A DNA stretch of 64,000 nt from Trichoplax adhaerens (lineage: Eukaryota; Animalia; Placozoa). Both the position numbers and the translations under genes were made by a program. Positions 13,950 to 27,000 of the stretch are shown here, in pieces (position 1 is the stretch's first letter; every line of letters begins with the position of its first letter). The notes under the pieces were generated by a model. The model had not been told where the DNA came from. It saw only the letters and a program-made list of their open reading frames with translations, and searched no databases. The stretch covers positions 8,192,066-8,256,065 of the forward strand of contig NW_002060943.1 of assembly GCF_000150275.1 (NCBI RefSeq). The letters run 5' to 3'.

Positions 13950-15590
13950 GCACATATATATATATATGATTATACTTATATAGCTATATAGATATACATA
14001 TGAGTATAGAGTAGTAATAGCACTAGCAGTTGTTTAGCTACTACACTATTGCCGTCCATAGTGAACGGACATAGACAGCATATATATATACATGTATGTA
14101 TATGTAACAGTTATTGGGGAACTCTTTTTGTTGATTGTGAATGGAGATAGATGATTAAGTATAAACATAGATGTAGATAGCTAAATACAGTATATTTATA
14201 CATATTGGCCATAACTTATATAACGTATGGGTATACATAGTAGATAGCACTAGCGGTTGTTACGAAGCAGTTCCCGTTTACTTTACAATATAGATAACAC
14301 TACAATGGCAGTTATTGGTGAGCTGTTAATGTTCATTGTTCACCGAGTGACAATTTTAATTAGGATTATATAAATTGTACTATAGATAATGTTTTTGATG
14401 ACTCTAATAGTAATTGATGATACACTTACAATGTATTTCATTTCTCAAGGGTACGTGAATATAGAAATGATTGATAAGTAATCGATATTATACTCGTATA
14501 TATTGTAATTGTATACTCAGTGGCAGACTGAATTGTTAACATATGACTATGTAGTAAGTATAATATCGGTTAATGTATTTTATTTTATTTATATGTTTAC
14601 TCAATATTATATTGAAATAAATACGTATAAGTGAATACGCTAAAATAAATACACCAAATTGTTTACAATGGAACGATTACTACTGTCATTTATTGAAATT
14701 ACTGTATACTATATAAACTGTATTATTATATTATCGGATGTGATCACATAAACGAATATGAATGAGTGCGCATTACACAAATATTACAGGGCGTAAATAT
14801 CGATATATTGTACTGTAATGTTAAATATAGAATGCGATTGTGTATACGTATAAATAGCGTATAACATAGAATATTTAGAGTAGAATAGCGAGTTAGGAGT
14901 TTAGATTTTATAGTACTGTAGTTCGTATGCTGTAGAGTGTATTGTACGCATATATGTTAGATTATGTAGATTGTATAGTAGGAATGTTTAGTAGATTATG
15001 TAGTAGATTGTATTTTGTGATTTTAATAGCAATCGACGATACTCGTATGTGTATTATTAGTCAAGTATTGATATTAAGGTTATATTATTATGGTAATAAT
15101 CGATTAGTATAGATATTATTGAACTCGTATATAGTATATCGATTAGTTAAATGCGTATTAAGATAGTAAAATGTATATTGTTATATACTCTTATATGTAT
15201 TTTATTAACGTGTAAAAACTTTTATTATTATTTTATATGATATAATTGTATCATTGAATACGGAATGGATCGTATGGATATATAATAACATGGGAATAAT
15301 ATTGCGAAATAATAATATAATATCGAATGAATATAATAATATTATGTTTTATGTTACGTTTGTGCTTATTATAATTGTAATTGTACGTGTATGTTTAATG
15401 TTATAAGTGTACTCGAACGAATAGGTATGAATGAATACGTTAAAATGAATACACTAAATTATTTACAATGGAACGATTACTACTGTAATTTACTGTAATT
15501 ACTATTTGTCGGTACTATATAAACTGTATTATTCTATTATCGGATTACGTAATCGAATATGAATGGGTAAGCATTACACGAATATGATAC
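13950..15590. repeat. Low-complexity, C-poor region with diverged direct repeats
   Basis: ~170-bp unit at ~14620-14787 repeated at ~15420-15590 (shared core TTTACAATGGAACGATTACTACTGT); TAGCACTAGCRGTTGTT at ~14018 and ~14245; TA microsatellites. Confidence 0.75.
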
Positions 15591-16313
15591 ATGGTTCAGA
15601 GAATCAAATTATTGACCGTGCATTACGTAATCTTGTTTCAAAGCTGCTTTGGAAGACTTGCATTATACTGTAGTACTGCATGTATCAAACTTAAAACTTA
15701 AGTCATTATACCTTTCATAATTAGATAATGACGCTCATAAAGTAGCAATATCTAGGAATTATAATTAAATTTATTACTTATTGCTGTTAGCTTATCACTA
15801 TTGTTGATATATAACTGCCGATAGGGTCAATCATTATCCCCGAAATTAATACCTCATTCTGTTACATGATTGTAGAAGAGTATTTACTACACTTCAAATA
15901 TTAAAGATACACATTTTAATATTTTTATTTAAAAATATTAGATTATCTAACTTGCAATCAGACAATGAATCAGTAAGCTTGTAAATTATTATGTCAATTT
16001 AATAAAATAAGACTAAAAGTTCTAAATTTTTATAATAGAAAAGATTACTTCCATATAAATAGCTAAATTAATGGCGGCATTTTATGCAGATTGACCATAA
16101 AATAATTCATAACAATGGTAACTCTCAGCAAGTCCATTAATGAATGCGCACACAGTTTGCACGCATAGCTATGTGGGAGCATGAAGAAAGCTAAATGAGA
16201 AATTCGTAGACTCTTCATAAAATTTTCAATACTATGCTTGTTGTTACAGGTAATGATGCATAATTTCATATTTTAGTACAAGAATACCAATCTGAAATTG
16301 ATACATTTTGTCT

Positions 16314-19300
16314 TTATGTAGGTAGAGTTATAGAATCTAAGTGGAACTGAGGTGTATCTTGCTGTAATTCATAGAGAGACTTGCCAAGGGCAATGACTAA
16401 AGCTGGACGTTGAGGGAGCCATCTAAAAACATAAAATGAATCAGACGATCAGTAACTTAGTGCAAACGCTGCTCGTTTACTCTTTCGGCGCTACATGTGT
16501 CTTTGTGACAAATGAATAGAGTTCGATAAATAGAAATATATCTATTACTTTTTCATAAGCTCATTTCGTGTCTGCTTGCTTTGAGCGATGGTAGTATCGT
16601 GTAGTACTTGCAAGACAGTCAGATGTTTGCACTAAAAATGTATTAGAAAAAGTAGAAATGGTCGTTAAGCAAGTATAACCAGTCTGCTATTCAACTGTAT
16701 AGAGTTTATAGCGTTACAGAGTGTTAAAATGGAGGCTATAATTTGTAATAATAGAATTAGTGTTTATACAAACTTTGTCAAAGAGTTTATTAAAAGTGGC
16801 TACTTGCGGATTATCAAAGCTATTGCAACAAAGAAATAAATGTGTAAGTTGTCATAAAATAACGATAGCAGTTTCATAATTATTATTGTATTTTGCANNN
16901 NNNNNNNNNNNNNNNNNNNNNNNNNNNNNNNNNNNNNNNNNNNNNNNATACGGTTGCTCAAGGCTGTGAGATTAATGTTGAATAAGAGTTATGAATATAT
17001 TATGTATGATTTGATTTTAGTTGGGATTGGCATGCATAAATACAATTGTAGAGCATAAGCATTTATTCTTAATTTACCGAAATTCTAATAAATTGTGGCA
17101 ATTTCGAATAGCTTTAGGTAAATGTAGTAAGGCTCCTGAATGACCTGAAAGGCCAATATAAGCTAGGCTAAGGCGTTTTAAATTTTTACACGATTCTGTT
17201 ATGGTACTGAGGCAAGAAAGATGCGTTACATTCAGTAAACCAACGAGAGATAGGGATTCTAAACACTTCCAGTTTCCAATAGCAGATAATATTTCTTCGC
17301 TAATGAGATATTTTGATAGTGAGCAGCTAAATATGAAGATATGTGAATTAGTTTAGTGTCATATCAGCTTACAGTGTTAGTAATTATTTATCAACTGATA
17401 AAATTCAGTAAATTTATAACAAAAGTACCTTACAGGAAGTTCTGTTATAGAATATTGAGAGTGATTTGATAGTTTAGTTGATAGGTTTGACTGATAATAA
17501 TGTGAAGAGTTTGAAAATGTTTTAATTTTAGGGCAATGCTTCGTTAGTAGTGTAAAATCGACTTGATCTCTATCTACGTTCTTGTTTTGGTCAGACTGGC
17601 ATTCAGTTTTACTTTGCTCTATAACGCTAATACGGCGCTGCGGCGATAATATATCATTATTAGAATTTCTTCTACCTTTGATAATATTTTTATCCACCAT
17701 AAGGCAAGCAGGTATTGTTAACTTTTCTAAAGTGATAGCTTTAGATAGGATGTGACATAAAGTGCTAAAGTTATCACATGAAACACAAGTGTGACTAATT
17801 TCAAGTTCTTTTAATAACTGGCAATTGTGTACTACAGCTTCTAAACCCTGAAATTGTTTATCCTGTAATGGAATAATATGATCGTAATATTATTACAGGA
17901 TAAATTTTCTAGTGATAATGTACGTAAAATGAAAATAATGTACTCTATATTAGCTGTGAAGATGTGATATTGTTATGATTGTTGTTACTAGACTTACTTG
18001 CAATACTGAAGTTAGGCCGGATAAATCTAGCTTAACCAAATTTCTACAGTTGGCAATAGCATGGGCAAGCTCTTGGCTTGTTAGGGTGGGTATGAAGGAA
18101 AGATTGAGAGCTTTGAGGTTCCGTTTGTTTATCGCGTCTAAGAGTCTTTTAGGCTTTGTGGATAATATCCTGTCAACATTGAATTGTTGAATTTTGTTGG
18201 TTTCGGGTAAATCGATAGAATTATTAAGAGACAACATTGGCCAAAGATAATAACGAAAGGATTCACGATGATAACGCTCAGTTATTGTGATTAAGTTATC
18301 GAAGAATGGAGCTTGTAGATCAAAGCAGAAGCCGTCTTCACTTGTATATTTAAAATAGATACAGCATTGCCATTGCCTATAGTGGCAAACAGTCAACGAC
18401 TTGAATGTTGATTTCTTGAGCAGTCTAGAATGTTTTACAGATACCATTGATCAGTTTATCGACCGGAGACTCTTTCTAAATTGGCATTATCATGCAGCGG
18501 CTATTATACTGTAAATCCAGTAGTAGCATAATAAATTACTAATAATAGTTAAATTATTTTATGTATCTACCTTAGGAATGAATGAATACACGAGTTTTCA
18601 AATAGGAATTGTTCAGCACTAGCAACACCAAAGTGCAGTTCAAGAGAAAGATAGTTTATCTGGGCAAATTTATCACGTAGCAGAGTCTGTGCACTAGTAT
18701 TTTTGAATACATCTAGGGATATGGACCAGCTTAATTCGTCTAAATGTGGTATATTTTCTAATATCTGCATATATGTAATGAATTAGTAGAGTGAATTCGG
18801 TTATCGCTATGTTAGATAGTTGTGTAAGATACGATTGGCTAAACATGACTGCTTGTCTTCACTTGTAGTCGGTTTAAAACCATCATCAATGATGGTAACG
18901 ATACTTGCAGTAGGGTATCTATAGCACTGTAAGTTACGCTAGTAACATATCTCAATTATTGCTTGTTGTTTTTTTATACGACAAAGTAGAGAAGTCGAAT
19001 ATGATATACCCTTACAGTATCAAGACAACACAGTGCTAATCAGGAAATTACGTTTGCTATTTGCAGTTAAATCGTACAGTTTGCAATGCTATACTGTATG
19101 ATCAAGTTTTGATGGCAATTTATGGTAGTAAATATTGTAGCAAGCAAAATATCAAGAGCCATCTCAAATATAGTATCAATCTGATTATAATATTATACAG
19201 CTACTTGGGAACAAAAATTGGTTACCTTGATCATCGCTGAAGAGCTAATTTTGCAACCGGCGAGGTTGAGTTGAGTGGCCTTTTTGCACTTACATATGGC

Positions 19301-19695
19301 AGGTATTAAGTTGGTGCTCTTGAGCCAGTAGCACTGTGATAAATCAATACAACGTAGCAAATGGCAATACTTGTTAAGGTAAGCAACGATAAAGTTGGTT
19401 GAGAGTCGATAGCATCTTGTAAATGTGACTGATCTACAGTTGGTAGGTTGGAAATATATACAAGGTCAAGTTAGGCATTTTTTTACTATAGATTTGATGA
19501 TTATTGTAGAGAGAGTATAGGAATGCAACCGTTAGCAGTCATAAAATGCATAATGATCGCTACATACCTGTACAAGCAAGTATCTTCAGTGATATTGGCA
19601 AATCGTAGAGATAAACATTTGCAAGTATTCAAATCTTCAACACTTAAATACCTGAGGATCATAAGTAGGATTTCATCCGAAAGTAGGTTGAGCAT
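16314..19695 (-). CDS. FBXL18: F-box/LRR-repeat protein 18-like (spliced; one in-frame TGA beside the assembly gap)
   Basis: N-terminal F-box LLSDEILLMILRYLSVEDL; exon 2 IDLSQCYWL..QLNLAGC; LRR exons; LEQPY; C-terminal RPAL...HLDSITL as recalled for FBXL18. Confidence 0.8.
16898..16947. other. Assembly gap (50 N)
   Basis: Run of N characters. Confidence 1.
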
Positions 19696-20109
19696 GATGC
19701 ATCAACAGTCATTCATTCTAGACGATGATTGTAATCGTCTGTCCAAAGCAAGTGAATACTCTCCTTTCCTGTAGAAATAGATGCTCAGCTATATATGGTT
19801 CATTTTAGCCCATGCAATTAGATTTGTCAATCTGCTAGTAGTTAGCCATTGGTAGGTCTACGAGCCCAATAAATAGTGCAGAGCTGGCGAGCGAGAAAGC
19901 ATCATCAAATTGGAATTGAATTCATTCAAATTGCCAATGTTTTGAAGCGGTGACTGATTTCAGTCTAGTGTAAGTCTCAGCATCGTTACCCGTGTAGTAC
20001 TCCTCTCTCTGCGATTGTGCTCAGAACATAGTGCTTGGATAGCTATCCTATATAGCGTACTTAGAATCATTTGATGCAGTCATTGGCTACTAGCTCGCTA
20101 TTGGATCGA

Positions 20110-20880
20110 TTTTGACCATACAGTACAGTACTGTAGTTTTGACTATCGTCTACAGTACTATGCACTGTGTGCAGCGACCAGTCAACAGTGAAGCAACTTA
20201 AACAGTCCATCGTGCTTACTAGTATAGTACTGTTCCAGTAGTCCTTGGTCATACATATTGGTGTAAGTACTACGAAGCTAGCGTGAGCGATAGCAATCAC
20301 GACTTGCGCTGTTTGATACTCATGTTTTCTTCCTTTACTGTACTGTACACTGTACAGTACAGTACTGTAGGTCTGAACTGGACCGGACTGGACCGGACTA
20401 GTCTACTCTGCTTTCTTTGGCAGGTCACGGACTGACGGAAACCTGCAGAACCCTGATACTGTTTTGAATTGTTGAAGGAAAAAGACAAATAGTACTGTAC
20501 ACTGTACACTCTACAGTACAGTGTACTGTACAGTACAGTAAAACAGTTGGAACTGGTTAGTCACAGCACTGTACAGTACAGTACTGTACTGTACAGTTTA
20601 CAGTGTACAGTACATGAATTCAGTCCAGTATTCACTCTGTACTGTACAGTACAGTGTACAGTGTACAGTACAGTGTACAGTGTACAGTACAGTACTATTT
20701 GTCTTTCTACTTCAATAGTTCAAAACAATGTCAAGGTTCTGCAGGTTTCCGTCAATCCGTGACCTGCCTAAGAAAGCACAAGAACTGTACTGCAGTCCTG
20801 TCCTGTCCAGGCCGATTGTACTGTATGCGCCGGCGCTACTCGGGCTGTCCTATACTGTAGTCAGTCCATATAATACCGCT
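20110..20880. promoter_or_regulatory. Bidirectional FBXL18/MED14 promoter region with TACAGTA-rich island
   Basis: Between divergent ATGs at 19695 (-) and 21025 (+); raised GC; dense TACAGTA/TACTGTA/TGTACA. Confidence 0.65.
20409..20778. repeat. Long inverted repeat (~92-bp arms, 9 mismatches) around a (TGTACAG/TACAG)n core
   Basis: 20409-20500 is the reverse complement of 20687-20778; the ORF track shows the same peptide on both strands (QYYLSF.FN.SKQ.QGSAGFRQSVTC). Confidence 0.95.
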
Positions 20881-21024
20881 AGAGGTGGCTAATACCATCA
20901 ATGCTAGTAGTGGTGGCTAGTGGATGAATGCAGTTTAGTATTCACTGAGAAAAAAAGGCAAACAAGGAGCGAAAGCGCCCTGGCCGACTAGTCAACAAGC
21001 TTTCCAACCAATTGTCAAAGCAGG

Positions 21025-24000
21025 ATGGATACCAATCCTATAGTGAATGGCAGCCATGGAAAGCAAAAGATTAAGCTATCCACTCTCATGGACTTTATAA
21101 TCCAGAAAGCTTACCATGACCTAAATGTACTCACTGAAATGTAAGTTTATCGTAGGTCATAGACTTGTTCGACCACTTTCTTTTGACCAAGTTGCAGTCT
21201 AGTGGAAAAGTAATAAAATCGATTCATAAAATGATAAACGATCATGGATAATGTGCCATGAGGTAGCATTCAATGAATGTTATGCATGCATAAACTCTCT
21301 CTTATACATGTATGAAGAAATAAAATGACCAATTGTCAATTTTGAATCTTGCTTACCGTGTTTTTATGTCGCATGCGGTACTTTATAGTCTATACAATCG
21401 CATACTGTACTGTACACTACACTGTGAACAGTGTACTCAAGTGACCGCGTTGACGATGCTTACCGTACTCTCTTTTGTATATCCAAGCTTGATCATCTTG
21501 AGCTTCATCAATGTTTATATTCTGATTTGGCGATACAGCAAGGTAGTCTTTCCGTAATAAGAAAGACCCCATCTCATTACTGTAATAATAAGTCATTTAG
21601 AGTACGATTCACAAGTACTGTACTATGTGTACCAATTCTTGTAATCCATGAGTCTGCAATGCTTGCTACTAATACGAGAAGAATATAATTAATTAAGATG
21701 CTCAAGTTCTATACCTGCTCTACTCTGCAATTATAGCTTAACGTGATTCAATGGCGATGCCATTATGTACAACCTATTAATAAGTGTTCTCATCATTATC
21801 AATGCAATCTTTTATTCATGTTATAGATTACCAAGGAAGGGTGATGTTGAAAGGTAGGATACTTAACGTAAATACGTAGCTAAAATGATGGTGATCTTTG
21901 TATAGATGTACTGTACAATAAATTAAACAATCCAATCATGCCTTACGATATGTTCTTACTGTATCTGGTTATTACCGATATCAATACCCACCAATCAGCC
22001 GTAACAGATATACTGTATTTTGTTCTTATAAATGTAAAGCTGCACTAGTAAAGTATTACAGTATCACGCCATTAGTGAATACAAGTCTACGAGTCGAACA
22101 TACGCAAAGATAGAATACTGTAGTAGATATACATCATGATTATTATTTTCGATCTCTATCTAATCATAATCATCAGAAATTGTACTGATAGGATATTATA
22201 CAATATTATTTGTTGAATACGGTAGGAAAATTGCCATTTATCGTTATTCAGCGTCTATGCGTCAGCAATTTGTACGCTTACTGGCTATTGTCAAATGGGC
22301 TACGAAAGCAGAAAAGATAGAAAAATGTTTTGTGAGTTAATTTCCATTGCCATACATCGTGGCGACGAGTTAGACGTGTATATGTATATCCTTTGAGTAA
22401 TGTAAACTGTGATAACTTTACTTTCTTCTAACGTAGTCTCTTTATTGACCTTTTTCAATTACATTAGCAATTGTGCGATTTTTTGGAACAAGAAGGCAAA
22501 ATTTTTGTGGATACCGCTGATGAGTTATATCGCATCGCTAATGAAATGCTTCCACAAGCTAAGCTGCCATATTTTGATTTAATAAGTGCAGCTGAAGTCC
22601 TCTCGCGTGGTTCTTACTCACTTTTACCGACATGTATCAAGGTAGGTTAGCATATTGCCAAAAGTTTTACTCATAAACACGATCATACTTTGTTTTCCCT
22701 CCACGTGTTCTTTCTGTACGCTTAAGTATTAGGATATATTACTATGCTACTCTTAACGTGTTGTATGTACCTTGTACAATGTATCGCTTATGTATCAGCA
22801 TTTGTTAATGGCAGTTCGGGTTGCGTCTCACAGCTAAAATGTAAATGTCAGCCTCTATCAAAACAGCCTTCGCTAAACATTTTCGAACAATTATACTGTA
22901 ATACTAATAATTAGTCCTTATTTTTACATCACTAACAATTAATGTACATAACCATGCTGTAGGATAAAATTATCCCTCTTCCTCCGATGACGCGAGACGA
23001 TAAAAAGACAACTTTACAAAAATTAAATGAGGTTATTAAAGATAGACTACTTCGATCGAATGTACCACAGGGAATATCCAAAACAGTTATAGGTAGGAAT
23101 GGCCTTGTCACTTTTAGTAGCACATTGGGTATTCTGTTCATCTTTAATATCTTAGATGTACCTACGCATGATAATGTTACAATTTTTGAATTGATATAAT
23201 TCGAGTAGGTAATGGTCAACTAACTTTAACCGTAGAAGGAGAATTTGAGGTATGACTGTTATGTAATTATAATTCGTATCAGTAAATGGAATAAATCGTT
23301 GTAGTAAACTTGATGTAATTGGTTTTTTATAGGTTGTTTTAACTTTACTTGGTGACGATCCGGCTTTACCATGGCGTTTGTTATCTATAAAAATTTTAAT
23401 TGAAGAAGCTGATATTGGAGGTCAGGACCGTAATCATAGAGTATAGATAATTTTTAATTAAGAAATGGCCAGATATCATAATTTAGTTATCCTTTCAGAG
23501 GATACGTTTACTTACAAGATAGTAAAAATCTATTAAATCATTTTTTTGCAATTTTTGAACCAACTTAGCCGGCAAATCATTAATGCATACATTGCAGGTA
23601 AAATCAGTCCTATAGCACGATATTAAAAAAATAGCGTATAGGGATAATTATATTTCACTAAATTATTGTTATTGCTACGCATTCCATTTTAGATTCAATA
23701 CGTTCAACGATTAATGCAATCGAGATTATTCGACTCAGATGAACCACTTAAAGATTTATATACTAGCTTGCGTATCCTTGCTTAGTAATATTATGCCACT
23801 TTTTCGGGGGGGGGATATATAAACAATGTTGCAAATAATCTTATTATTTTGGTCCTTAATTACGGGTTTTGCAGATTATTTATGCTTATCTCTACAACTA
23901 GAAGTTTTACATTCTCAGGTAAATTTGCAATGATTTGTCATTAGTACAGACACAAAAAATTTTTTCACGTTTATATTAATCGTTTCGATATTGATGAAAT

Positions 24001-27000
24001 AGGCTGAAAATTTAGTGGCACATCGGTGGGCAGGGTATGTAAAGCTGATCGATCATCTACCTGGTGGAAAGCTTATTTTGTCATATTGGAGGTATATTAG
24101 AAGAAGAATCTTCATATTACAGATACGCATGTTAATTATCAACGGCATAGGAATTGAATTACTGCATTCATTAATACTGAATTTGAAAATTTAGAAAAAA
24201 GGAGATTCAAGACCAATTAACGCTATCAGAAGATAGTAAGTTTAGTTTTTTATTTTCCTTTTGCATTCTGACAAAATTTTAAAGTTTGGTCATATTGTTT
24301 AACACCTTTCAGGAGTAGACTATACCTTAACTGTATATATTGATCAAGAGAAAAATGATACACCGCTTTCAGTAGAGCATTTTCCTGTTCAGGAAGAATT
24401 GAATACCTCATTAAATAAACTTGATTTAGTAAGTAGATTAAAATTTTAAACGGTCTGGCTTATTCTTTGTTGTTGTTTAACTTGTTCACTTTGATAGTAC
24501 CCGTTGTCTTTATAAACTCAAAGTTTTATTAGCTAAATACTTATGCGGATAGGATGAATCATCATTTGATACTTATTTTTTAACATTTACTTAGAAAAAA
24601 CGAGGTGGACTTTCCATTGAAACCTTGCTAATGGAAGCTATCGAAAAGAGATCATTATCGAAGCTTATGGTATGGTCTTTTCATCTAATGATTTACTTCT
24701 CTTAATTTTATTGGCTAATAGTTTCTGAACCCTTATAATCTGAAAATGTAAGAATGTTATGCAACAGATTTTAACACTTTCTTCTCACTTTTTAGGAGGT
24801 CAAACATGCACTGCAAAGTAGTGGACTTAATTTGCCTGGTATGCAGAAGATTTCTCTTTTTAACTACTTTTTTTGCCTGAGTGTACTTATAAAATACTAT
24901 TTAGTTTAGTAGATAAATATTGCATTTTTACATGTATGTACACATATTTACGGAATACACTCAGTTCAGCTGTATATTGGCGTATATTTGGTACATATGC
25001 ACATTATATAAATAGAATCGCTTTAAATTATTTTTTTGTAGTAAAACTTGAACGCGATAGAATTCCTTCTCTTGTTGTTAACTTAATTGATGATGACGAT
25101 TCATCTGAGCGTCTATTACTGTCTGTTGACACTAAATCTGGAGATACAAAGGCTATGTTTTCAAGTGATTTGAGTAAGTATTGATTAATATTATTAGTTT
25201 GCTTTGCCAGATATATTACACTGAATAGTACTATATTTTAAGAATAGAAGCGATGGCATTATATTGTCTCATTATTTATAATTTTAAAATTGTAGGTCTT
25301 ATAGATGAAAATGTAAATGTGAATAAGCTGTGTAATATCATTGCTGATGCCAAGTAATTTTAAAAATTAACCTGATTTATAGCTTTTTCTCGTTTTTATG
25401 TGTATAATTAATTGCTAATTCAAATATCATATCAAAATTCTGTAATAATGCAGAATTGAAGCCCATTTAAGAATTTGTCTACAAGCTTTAGCACCACTTC
25501 CTGTCACGTGCAATCGGAGGTTACCTATTCACTGTGATAGCTTTGACCTACTGGATAAGATTAGTAAACATCGACTGTTTGTTAAGCTACATGATTTGGA
25601 TCAGTACTATTTGGTATGTAGTTCATATCTTATTATTTCAGTCAGTTTATTTTCTGATAGTAGACTTATTATTCTTGATATTGCTAATGTGATAATATTA
25701 GTGTATTAAATTTTCCTTTATTGCTTAGATAATTGGAGTAGAATGTTCAAAGGATCTTAATGTGAAAGAATCATTTTATTTGATGAATGTTAATGATTCC
25801 ACCCTTGGCAACTCATCGGAAGATGTAGCATTTCACTGTGCTTCTTTTATTAAAATTCGAGATGTAAAATCCTGTCAGATTTCGGATAGCGAATATCATT
25901 TGATGAATGTTACTGAAGGTAATATTTTAGATAATTAGCAATAAAGTTTTTCGATCATTAACGAGACCTCGAGGGAATTAAATTGATATAATATTTTTGT
26001 ATAGGAGTCAAAAATTCGCCTAGCAAAAAGAGAAAGGTTTGCCTTTATATACACTTGCATTGATGTAAACTTTTACTATGGTAAGGATTGTCAATTTTAA
26101 TTCTTATTATAGTTCGAAGCCGCTTTCGGATTATCAGTTGGATCAACAAAACACATAAAATTTGCTCGTACAAGAGTTGTAGATATGATACACTTTACCT
26201 TATCTACAGTTGCTCATGCACAACTTTGTAAAGGGGTAGGAATGATATATTACTTAAAAGTTCTACCGAGTTTTCTTGAAAGTAATACATGTAATACGCG
26301 TATTTCAGTTACAGAGAGCAAATTTCCTTTATGAGAAAATTTATAAAGACATACATGGAGACAACGTCTTGAAAATCTTATGGTAAATTTGCAATCAGTA
26401 CATTTGTTTGAACTACTAAATTCTTACATTGTGGTACAGCATTGGTTAAAGATGGCCATTTAAATTTGATAGGCCTCCAAAATTTCCAGATTTGTGTTCT
26501 CCAATAATAATGGATAGTATTTTAAAGAATTTAATTGATTTTCGCGTTCGTTTGGTTGATGATGGATTTCAGTGGAAATGGCTGGCTGAAGTTAGTTTTA
26601 CGTATATTTAGTCGCGTAATTTTAGTTAACATCTGTGTTTTGGTGTCAGTTTTTATTTAATGGGTATACATCTGTTATAGGCAAATAGAATTGACCATCT
26701 TTTATCTACATCGTTTGTATATGAATCTCTAGGTTACATTCAAGAATCACCCAGTAACTGCCTTGAAAGCGAGTAAATCTATAGGTAGTACTGTTTCTTA
26801 CTCTTACATTTTTGTCAATAAGTGTATTATTCCTACGTTATAGATTTGTCCGATCTTTAGCTCTGCTTGACGATTTTCTATCGCATTTATAGAAGAAGAG
26901 CATATTCGATTTATCGTAAGTTACGATACAAATCACAAATGGAATCCATCTACAGGAGATATCTCACTTAAGTTATTGGATGATTGGAAGGGTATTATTA

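Noticed and set aside
16852-16854. Selenocysteine reading of the FBXL18 TGA
   Set aside because: Not a catalytic Cys position, no SECIS recognised, and adjacent to a contig end.
18425-18510. Apparent stops at the start of an FBXL18 exon
   Set aside because: Avoided by the TTCTAG acceptor at ~18425, which keeps the frame (RLLKKSTFKSLTVCHY).
20297-20860. Small ORFs rich in YSTVLYCTV (also at 21333, 36573, 59724)
   Set aside because: Translation artefacts of the TACAG/TACTG repeat and the palindrome.
22387-22396. ATATCCTTT AT-AC-type donor (also at ~9248)
   Set aside because: The first lies inside an ordinary GT-AG MED14 intron that already restores the frame; neither has a convincing branch point plus AC acceptor.
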